A DNA stretch of 64,000 nucleotides from an uncultured virus (IMG/VR IMGVR_UViG_3300046009_005595) (Duplodnaviria; Heunggongvirae; Uroviricota; Caudoviricetes), in the IMG/VR virus record IMGVR_UViG_3300046009_005595, positions 62,001 through 126,000 of that record; one strand, given 5' to 3'. Below the pieces are notes generated by a model. That model did not search any database, was not told where the DNA came from, and worked only from the letters and a program-made list of their open reading frames with translations. Below, piece after piece: positions 56,710-64,000 of this stretch. Positions within the stretch are counted from its first letter, which is position 1. Each line of letters opens with the position of its first letter. The position numbers were made by a program, and so were the translations under genes.

Positions 56710-57875
56710 AATGGAGCTTAATGGAAGATGCTATAACAATATCAGATAGATTAAAATTAGCTTCATTTTGTTTAACTTCTAATAAATTTACAAATGGTGA
56801 TAAAGTAAAAGAATTAGAAAATAGTTGGAATAAATGGTTAGGTAGTGAACATTCATTATTTGTTTCTTCTGGAAGTACAGCAAATTTTCTTTTAATTGCA
56901 TCAATCAAAGAACTTTATAATCTTAAAGATGGTGATAAGGTTCTTGTTCCTGCTTGTACATGGATGACAAATGTAGCTCCAATAATTCAATTGGGGCTAA
57001 CTCCAATATTTTGTGATGTTCAATTTAGTGATTTTAGTTTTAATTTTGAACAATTAGAAGTTATTGCTAAAAATCATCCTGATATAAAACTTATATTTGT
57101 TACTCATTTGTTAGGATTCAGTTCAAAATCTAGATATTTAGGATTATTAGATTCTTTATTTCCTAAAGCTTTGATTATAGATGATGTTTGTGAATCACAT
57201 GGATGTAAAGATGATCTTGGTAATAAGATAGGTTCAAATAGTTTAGGAGCAACTTTCTCTACATATTTTGGACATCATTTAACATCTATTGAAGGAGGTT
57301 TTGTATCAACAAATAATCTTGAGCTTTACGATTTAATGAAAATGAAAAGATCTCATGGAATGGCTAGAGAATCTGAAAATTATTCTAAATACGCCTCTAT
57401 GTATCCAGATATAGACAAGTCATTTTTATTCATTACAGATGGATATAACTTTAGAAATACTGAGTTAAATGCTGTATTAGGATTATCTCAATTAAAGAGA
57501 TTGGATAAGTCAATAACTATTAGGAATGATAATTATAAACATTTTTGTAATATATTGAAATCCTATGATAAAATATTCTATCCTATAGAATATTATAAAA
57601 ATACTAGTAGTTTTTGTTTACCTTTTATTTGTGCATCTGAGAGTATTAAAAATAAACTAGAAAGTATTTTAATTGAATGTAAAGTTGAATATCGTCCTAT
57701 TGTTTCTGGAAATTTATTGAGACACCCTTTTCTTAGTAAGTATCAATCTCTACATAATAAAACATCTTTTTATAATGTGGAACAACTACATACTAATGGA
57801 TTATATATAGGAAATAATCAATTCGTTGATAATAAAAAGTTATTACTACTTGAAGAAATATTAGAATTATTGTAA
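56706..57875 (+). CDS. DegT/DnrJ-family PLP enzyme with His at the catalytic Lys position (ColD-like 3-dehydratase)
   Basis: VSSGSTAN, DDVCESHG, TFSTYFGHHLTSIEGG, RSHG, GYNFR, RPIVSGN. Confidence 0.8.
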   Translation: MKWSLMEDAITISDRLKLASFCLTSNKFTNGDKVKELENSWNKWLGSEHSLFVSSGSTANFLLIASIKELYNLKDGDKVLVPACTWMTNVAPIIQLGLTPIFCDVQFSDFSFNFEQLEVIAKNHPDIKLIFVTHLLGFSSKSRYLGLLDSLFPKALIIDDVCESHGCKDDLGNKIGSNSLGATFSTYFGHHLTSIEGGFVSTNNLELYDLMKMKRSHGMARESENYSKYASMYPDIDKSFLFITDGYNFRNTELNAVLGLSQLKRLDKSITIRNDNYKHFCNILKSYDKIFYPIEYYKNTSSFCLPFICASESIKNKLESILIECKVEYRPIVSGNLLRHPFLSKYQSLHNKTSFYNVEQLHTNGLYIGNNQFVDNKKLLLLEEILELL

Positions 57876-57892
57876 ATCTTATTGAGAATAAT

Positions 57893-58693
57893 ATGAACGA
57901 AAAATTAAAAGAAATAGCAAAACAACATTCAGCAGTTTTTGTAGGTCCAGTTAGGAATTGTGCTCCTTTTCTAAAAGAAGTATTAAATAATATAGAAAGA
58001 ATAGGATCTTTATTTAAATCATATTCTTGTGTTTTTGTTGAAAGTGATTCGACAGATAATAGTTTTGATCTTCTTAAAGAATATGCATTAAGTCATGAAA
58101 ACATTTACGTTATAACTTTGGGAAAGTTAGAGGATCAGGTTAAATCTAGAACTTGTAGAATAGGTATTGCTAGAAATGAAGCTATTAAATTTTGCGAAGA
58201 TAATAATTTATTAGATTCTCATGATTTTTATATTCAAATGTGTGTAGATGATGTTAATGCTCAAGAAATAGACTTAAATGGAATTTTAAGTTGTTTTAAA
58301 TATGATATGAAGGTTTGGGATGCTATGACAGCAAACCAAGAGAATTATTATTATGATATATGGACAATTAGACATCCTGATTGGGTTCCTTTTGATTGTT
58401 GGCATGAAGTTAATAATAGACCTAGATTTATGACAAGAGATCAAGCAGTTCAGATATTTGTGATATCTAGACAATTGAAATTAGATAAATCACTTGGGAT
58501 TATAGAGGTAGATGCTGCTCATGGAGGATTATCAATTTATAAATCTTCAATTGTAAAAGGTTGTAGATATGGAGGAATTCATCCAAACGGAAGAGAAGAA
58601 GAATCTGATATCATGCAATTCTGTAGAAATGTAAGAGCTAAAAATGGAAAAATCTTTATTAATACTGAAATGATTAATATGGTAGTTCAATAA
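57893..58693 (+). CDS. Putative glycosyltransferase (GT-A like)
   Basis: VRNCAPFL, ESDSTDNS, ARNEAI, YYDIWTIR, VDAAHGGLSIYK. Confidence 0.65.
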   Translation: MNEKLKEIAKQHSAVFVGPVRNCAPFLKEVLNNIERIGSLFKSYSCVFVESDSTDNSFDLLKEYALSHENIYVITLGKLEDQVKSRTCRIGIARNEAIKFCEDNNLLDSHDFYIQMCVDDVNAQEIDLNGILSCFKYDMKVWDAMTANQENYYYDIWTIRHPDWVPFDCWHEVNNRPRFMTRDQAVQIFVISRQLKLDKSLGIIEVDAAHGGLSIYKSSIVKGCRYGGIHPNGREEESDIMQFCRNVRAKNGKIFINTEMINMVVQ

Positions 58694-58755
58694 ATTCTTC
58701 AATTGTAAATATTTATAAATATTATAATAAATAAAAATTCATAGGAGCAGATCTA

Positions 58756-59934
58756 ATGAATCGCGCAATATTTTTGGTCGGTGGACCAGGAAGCGGTAAA
58801 GATATTATTTTAAAAGAAGCATTGTCTAATTTTAAAATAATGGAATTTAACACAGAACAAGTAAAGAACATTGTAAAGAAATTTTTCAGAGAAATAGTAG
58901 TAATTACTGGAAATGCTTATAATTTTGATAAGATTAAAGAATCTAAAGAAATATTAGAAAATGCTGGTTATACAACCAGCATGATTTATGTTGACGTTTC
59001 TGATGATATAAGCAAAGAAAGACTTTGTAATAGAAATATATCTGAAGATGTAAGATTTACTAGATTATCTGAATCTAAAAGTAATTTTATACTATTTTCT
59101 GAATTGTTCTCTGAATTATATTTAATTAGAAATGATTTTAGTAGTGAATCTGAAGAAATTAAATTTCAAATAAATTCTTTGATTGAAAAGTTATCTGAAG
59201 ATCTTAGAATAGGTTCTACTTTAAGAGATAAAAGAAAAAGAGGAATCCAAGCAAAAGTAGATAGTGTTAGAAGATCAGATAAAAAACAACATAGTGATGT
59301 TCATGCTGAAATAGAAGCTAAACATTTAAAAGATAGTTCTTTTAAGAAAGCATTAAGTTATCATAATGCTGGAACTAGAAAAGCCATGAAAAACTTAAAT
59401 AATTTTAAACAAAGAATAAGACATGAAAGTTTATATGTTTGTCCAACTATTATTGAAGGTTTTGATAATGATAAAGAAACAGATAAACTAAATAAACTAA
59501 AGAAAAGGAAACTTATTCCTGCTTCAATAAAGTTAGGAGATCCTGTTCGTGGTAGTGGTATTGGTCCAACTTACGATTTAAGAAATTCTGGTGAATATAG
59601 ATTAGGTGGAATGCTTAATACTATGGCTTCTGAAGAATATAATAATTGTGATGATTTCTTTGATGAATCTATAGACTCTCCATCTGTTTCTGATGTTGGG
59701 TTTTCTGGTGTTGAAGGAAGTTCTTCAAATAAAATGCCTTTAACTAAACAATCTTCTAGTTATGTTTATTCTACTAATAAAAAGAAATCTAATTTTCAAA
59801 AAGATAAAGAATCTGTAAAGAATGAAGATCTTTGGGGAAGAAGTAAAAACATTCTTTTTAAAGAATCTTGCTGGACTAAATCTAAAAATATTGGAATTAG
59901 AAAGAAAATTAAAGATGCTAAGAGACAAAAATAA
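58756..59934 (+). CDS. Late protein with N-terminal P-loop kinase-like domain and a long low-complexity tail
   Basis: AIFLVGGPGSGKD; GYTTSMIYVDVSDDISKER; TATAAATA at 58714-58721. Confidence 0.65.
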   Translation: MNRAIFLVGGPGSGKDIILKEALSNFKIMEFNTEQVKNIVKKFFREIVVITGNAYNFDKIKESKEILENAGYTTSMIYVDVSDDISKERLCNRNISEDVRFTRLSESKSNFILFSELFSELYLIRNDFSSESEEIKFQINSLIEKLSEDLRIGSTLRDKRKRGIQAKVDSVRRSDKKQHSDVHAEIEAKHLKDSSFKKALSYHNAGTRKAMKNLNNFKQRIRHESLYVCPTIIEGFDNDKETDKLNKLKKRKLIPASIKLGDPVRGSGIGPTYDLRNSGEYRLGGMLNTMASEEYNNCDDFFDESIDSPSVSDVGFSGVEGSSSNKMPLTKQSSSYVYSTNKKKSNFQKDKESVKNEDLWGRSKNILFKESCWTKSKNIGIRKKIKDAKRQK

Positions 59935-61004
59935 TGAGTGATTTTAAGGAGAATTTTAAAAATTCTCTTAAGAACAAAACTAATTCCATAAAGGAAAACT
60001 CTTCGACTAAGTTTGATAATTTAGTCGAAAGTTTATCTGTGGAATTAGAAAATGAATTAGAAACTAATACCTTATTAAGAATAAAGACTAATTTAAAACA
60101 ATCTTTAAATAGTATAAAATCTACTCAAGATCACTCTGAATTACCATCGAATTTCTATTCTGCTATAGAAGAAGATCTTAAAAAAGAATATGAAAAAGAA
60201 ATAGAACCACCAGTAGAGTCTCCGGTGGTAGAAGATTCAATATTAAAGATAAAATCAGGTTTAAGTGAATCATTAAAGAAAATAAAGTCTAAAATAGAAT
60301 TTGATTCTTCTATATTTGATTCGATAAAAATAGAAAAGAAAGAAGAACCTTTAGTATTAGAAATTCCTGTAGTAGAAGAATTAAAAATAGAAGATAATAA
60401 GGAAGAACCTATATCTTTAATTAAAGCAGCTTCTCAATCAATAACAAAAGAAGAATCTATAAAATCAGATTCTATCCCAGAAAATTATGTAAACCTATTT
60501 AAAGAGCCTAATGCTCCAAAAGTAGATCCTAACATAAAAGCAATACAAAATAGAGTTAAATTATTAGAAGAATGGCTTACTAAAGTATCTTTAGCTGGGC
60601 CTGGTTCTGGTGAAGTTAATTTTAAATATCTTGATGATGTTGATACTAGAGAACAATCTAATAATAAATTTTTAACATACGATCCTGTAACTAATAATTA
60701 TGTATTTAATACTATTGTTTCTGGACAAATATATAATAAAACAGTTACAATAACATCAAATACATATACATTATTACCGGATGATTATTATATTGGAATA
60801 AATTATGCTGGACCTGTATTAATAACAATTCCTTCTTATGCTGACAATGGTAAAATGATAATAATAAAAGATGAATCTGGACATTGTTCACAAAATCCTA
60901 TTACAGTAAATGGTAATGTTGATAATGATCCTGGAGGATTTATTTTAAAAATAGATAATGGAGGAATACAAATGATTTATAATAATGGATGGAGAATAGT
61001 ATGA
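59934..61004 (+). CDS. Hypothetical virion-associated protein (charged N-terminal part, fibre-like C-terminal domain)
   Basis: GSGEVNFKYLDDVD; TYTLLPDDYYIGINY...IIKDESG...YNNGWRIV. Confidence 0.55.
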   Translation: MSDFKENFKNSLKNKTNSIKENSSTKFDNLVESLSVELENELETNTLLRIKTNLKQSLNSIKSTQDHSELPSNFYSAIEEDLKKEYEKEIEPPVESPVVEDSILKIKSGLSESLKKIKSKIEFDSSIFDSIKIEKKEEPLVLEIPVVEELKIEDNKEEPISLIKAASQSITKEESIKSDSIPENYVNLFKEPNAPKVDPNIKAIQNRVKLLEEWLTKVSLAGPGSGEVNFKYLDDVDTREQSNNKFLTYDPVTNNYVFNTIVSGQIYNKTVTITSNTYTLLPDDYYIGINYAGPVLITIPSYADNGKMIIIKDESGHCSQNPITVNGNVDNDPGGFILKIDNGGIQMIYNNGWRIV

Positions 61005-62212
61005 CATATCTTTTTACTGGAAGTCCAGTAGGAACTACGGATGCTTTTGGTCGTCAAAGAGTATCAAATCCACTCACTCTGTTTGATAGTTCCCACAGAT
61101 ATAGAGATAATAACCTGTGGTCAACTGCTAATACTGGCACTGCTTCTGCTACTTTTATTCTCAACGAAGGTCTGGTTAATCTAACAGTGAATAATGCTTC
61201 TGGAGCACAGATTATTCGTGAGACCACAAAAGTATTTTCATATCAGCCAGGTAAATCTTTGCTTGTGTTAAATACCTTTGTTCCTGCCACACCGAAAGTA
61301 AACTTGAGACAGAGAGTTGGATATTTCGGTGCTAACAATGGAATATATTTTGAAATTAATGGCACTACACCTTACTTTGTAGAAAGGAGTTTATCTACTG
61401 GAACTCAAACAGAAGTAGCACAAGCAAATTGGAATGGTGATAAGTTAAATGGAACTGGTCCGTCTGGTATTACATTAGACACTACCAAAGCACAAATCAT
61501 TTGGATGGATATTGAATGGTTGGGTCTTGGTACTGTAAGAGTGGGATTTATAATAAACGGACAGTTTATTCTCTGTCATTCATTCCATCACGCAAACTTA
61601 ATCACTACAACTTATATTACAACAGCATCACTTCCATTAAGATATGAGCTTACTAATACTGGTAATACAAGTAGTAATAGCACGATGAAGCAAGTTTGCT
61701 CTACTGTTATTTCTGAAGGTGGTTATGAACTTCGTGGATTGCAACAAGCAATTAGCATTCCAATTAATTCCCCAAGAACATTAGGAACTGCGGGAACATT
61801 CTATCCCGTAATATCTTTGCGTCTGAAAACATCACCAAATTTTTTGGATGCTATTGTAATTCTCACAGCACTTTCTATAATGCCAATTAGCACTGGTAAT
61901 TTTAATTGGCAAGTTAGAGCATCTGGAACTACTACTGCCGGTGCTTGGGTAAGTGCTGGAGTTGATAGTGCTGTTGAATATAATATTACTGGAACTTCTT
62001 ATACTGATGGAAGAATTCTTGCAAGTGGATTTTTTAACGCATCAAATCAAGGAGCAAGTCAAGTTGATATTCTAAAAGAAGCATTATTTAAGTTTCAGTT
62101 AGAAAGAAATGGATTAACTTCAACTCCTTATGAACTTACACTTGTGGTTGCTTCTGATAGTAGTGATGATACTGTTGTTGCTTCTATGGACTGGGAGGAA
62201 ATTAGCAGATGA
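61001..62212 (+). CDS. Conserved beta-rich virion structural protein
   Basis: DAFGRQRVSNPLTLFDS, YQPGKSL, DIEWLGLGTVRVGF, TASLPLRYE, CSTVISEGG: a family I recognise from T4-like environmental phages. Confidence 0.65.
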   Translation: MTYLFTGSPVGTTDAFGRQRVSNPLTLFDSSHRYRDNNLWSTANTGTASATFILNEGLVNLTVNNASGAQIIRETTKVFSYQPGKSLLVLNTFVPATPKVNLRQRVGYFGANNGIYFEINGTTPYFVERSLSTGTQTEVAQANWNGDKLNGTGPSGITLDTTKAQIIWMDIEWLGLGTVRVGFIINGQFILCHSFHHANLITTTYITTASLPLRYELTNTGNTSSNSTMKQVCSTVISEGGYELRGLQQAISIPINSPRTLGTAGTFYPVISLRLKTSPNFLDAIVILTALSIMPISTGNFNWQVRASGTTTAGAWVSAGVDSAVEYNITGTSYTDGRILASGFFNASNQGASQVDILKEALFKFQLERNGLTSTPYELTLVVASDSSDDTVVASMDWEEISR

Positions 62213-62300
62213 ATAGATGGTTCTATCCTCGCATCTATGAATTTTATTGAAGCTTTATAATTATATAAATATAAGTAAAACAATAAATTGGAGTATTAAA

Positions 62301-63173
62301 ATGTCTTTTAAAGATATTCTTTTAGAGAAAAATAAGAAAAAAGAAAATGAAACTTCTATAAAAGAAGATTCTTCATATCATCTTCATAAGGTTTCAAGAC
62401 CACATAAAAAACCAACAGAAAAATCTCGTCTTGATGTTGGTCAAAGAAGACCTACACAAATTACAAAAATACCAAAAACAACTTATTCACAGATTGCTGC
62501 TACTGTTGTTAATCGTGGAGGAAGCGTTATTAGATCACCAGGACAGATTACATTCAGAGGTACTGGTAAGAAAGCCTATAAAGCCACTAAATACGCTCAG
62601 TTAAAACTTGGTAAGAGAAAACTTACTATTAAGGCTCGTAAAGGAGCAGATATTCATGGAAGAAGAGCACAACAACTTAGAAGAATTTTTAGTTCGTATG
62701 ATGAATATACTAATGATGTAATGTTAGAAAAACATCTATCAGCAACATTGAAATCATCAGATGCTCATGATATGTTAACTGGTAGTGGATTTATTGTAAA
62801 AAGTGAAGGTAAGCATAGAAAATATTATCACCCAAAAACAAAACAATCTTTATCTATATCTAGAACAGGTAATTTGTCAACTGGAATAACTTCCTTGGTT
62901 AGAAAAGCTATTAATAATGCAGAAAATTTTGTAACAGAAGAAGATGATATTAAATTATTATCTCCTGTCTCTGCTAAAACTCAAAAAGTTATTGATGCTG
63001 GGAAAAAAGTTAATAAAGAATTAAATAAAAAAGATGAAAATAAAGATTCTGATGTTACTAAATTTCAACATAGTAAAACTTTAACTGGAGCTTCTGATAA
63101 AGGAAATTCCACAAAAACCGATGTAATTGAAATAAATCCAGAATTAAAAGTTCATGGAAAAAAAAGAGGATAA
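62301..63173 (+). CDS. Basic late protein containing a HicA-like module; putative internal head protein
   Basis: TATAAATA at 62264-62271, GGAG RBS, start MSFKDILLE; internal DAHDMLTGSGFIVKSEGKHRKYYHP...LSTGITSLVRKAI. Confidence 0.55.
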   Translation: MSFKDILLEKNKKKENETSIKEDSSYHLHKVSRPHKKPTEKSRLDVGQRRPTQITKIPKTTYSQIAATVVNRGGSVIRSPGQITFRGTGKKAYKATKYAQLKLGKRKLTIKARKGADIHGRRAQQLRRIFSSYDEYTNDVMLEKHLSATLKSSDAHDMLTGSGFIVKSEGKHRKYYHPKTKQSLSISRTGNLSTGITSLVRKAINNAENFVTEEDDIKLLSPVSAKTQKVIDAGKKVNKELNKKDENKDSDVTKFQHSKTLTGASDKGNSTKTDVIEINPELKVHGKKRG

Positions 63174-63185
63174 AAAAGAAAAGAA

Positions 63186-63668
63186 ATGAAAACTCCATTT
63201 ATATATGTAGACATGGATCAAGTCCTTGTTGATTTTTTGAAAGGGTTTGAGACTCTGACAGGAGAATCATTAGAAAATCCATCTGATACTAAAAAGAAAG
63301 GTAAAGAAATTATTAGTAAAACTCCTGATTATTGGGAGAATCTTCCAAAAATGTCTGATTGTGATCAGCTATGGAATTATATTAAACAATATAATCCTAA
63401 GATACTAACAGCAAAACCAACTTGGGATGATTCAGCACCAGATGGAAAATGGAAATGGATAGGAAAAAACTGTCCAGTGCCAAAAGTGGATTTTTATTGT
63501 GTTCCAAGGTCAGAAAAGCAAATTTTTGCTAAAGTAAATGGAAGAATTAATATTCTCATTGATGATTATGATAAAAATTGTAAAGAATGGGAAGAAAAAG
63601 GTGGTATTGCAATATGTCATAAAAATGCAAAAGAAACCATCAGGAAATTAAAATCATTGGGATTGTAA
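63186..63668 (+). CDS. HAD-family 5'(3')-deoxyribonucleotidase-like protein
   Basis: IYVDMDQVLVDF, ILTA, ILIDDY...WEEKGG. Confidence 0.82.
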   Translation: MKTPFIYVDMDQVLVDFLKGFETLTGESLENPSDTKKKGKEIISKTPDYWENLPKMSDCDQLWNYIKQYNPKILTAKPTWDDSAPDGKWKWIGKNCPVPKVDFYCVPRSEKQIFAKVNGRINILIDDYDKNCKEWEEKGGIAICHKNAKETIRKLKSLGL

Positions 63669-63726
63669 TTTCACGTTTTTATAAATAGTATTATAAATAT
63701 CAATAACTTTTTATAGGATACCAATT

Positions 63727-64000
63727 ATGTCAATATGGGGAATTTCAGATAATCAAGCTAGTATACCAAAGTTTCCAAAAGAAAGAAATGTTAGAGATGT
63801 AAGACAACTCTCTACAACTTCTTCTACTAATTCTGGTAATACTTTATATTTCACAGACACTTCTGCTCTTTCAGTAGGTATGTTCGTGTCTGGTAATAAT
63901 ATTAACGTTTCAAGCGCAGTTCCAGGATTCTTTGCTGGAAATGTAACAATTGTTCAAATTAACACAAATACAAGCATCTACATTTCAAATCCAATTCTTG
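63727..64000 (+). CDS. Probable virion structural protein, 3'-truncated
   Basis: Two TATAAATA boxes (63680-63687, 63692-63699), AGGA RBS, open frame MSIWGISDNQASIPKF... to the window end. Confidence 0.65.
   Translation, partial: MSIWGISDNQASIPKFPKERNVRDVRQLSTTSSTNSGNTLYFTDTSALSVGMFVSGNNINVSSAVPGFFAGNVTIVQINTNTSIYISNPIL

Noticed and set aside
56706..57875. Perosamine synthase call for the DegT-family gene
   Set aside because: The catalytic Lys position appears to be His (GHH), which fits a ColD/E1-type dehydratase better.
1..64000. Alternative genetic code, tRNA genes, or inteins/introns in gp17, gp43, gp41, gp46 and uvsW
   Set aside because: Core genes are full length under the standard code with TAA, TAG and TGA all used as stops. 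No cloverleaf-like intergenic sequence was seen, and those genes are uninterrupted and of normal size.

Overview
AT-rich fragment of a large T4-like myovirus genome, standard genetic code, almost all on the + strand; the host cannot be determined from this window. Gene order: two repeat-rich tail-fibre-like genes, then the neck/terminase/tail/head module (gp13-gp23), a GIY-YIG homing endonuclease and an opposite-strand ADP-ribosyltransferase. Next come gp3, uvsY, uvsW, gp55, gp47 and gp46, several accessory genes, gp45, gp44, gp62, regA, hsp20, gp43, uvsX and gp41. A ~13 kb nucleotide-sugar/glycosyltransferase island follows, then late genes for probable virion proteins. Main findings: (1) uvsX is broken into two genes carrying the N- and C-halves of a naturally split intein, with a free-standing HNH endonuclease between them, so the recombinase should be assembled by protein trans-splicing. 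(2) Several late proteins look like prohead-protease-processed polyproteins, with small cargo modules (ART, HicA-like, DUF5710-like, a basic peptide inside the scaffold) bracketed by (I/L/V)-x-E sites. (3) The glycan island encodes Gmd, an Fcl-like reductase and a His-type ColD-like enzyme (possible GDP-colitose route), in the same genome as fibres rich in N-x-S/T. (4) An H-type pseudoknot sits between regA and hsp20. All calls come from motif recognition and synteny by eye; no database searches were run.
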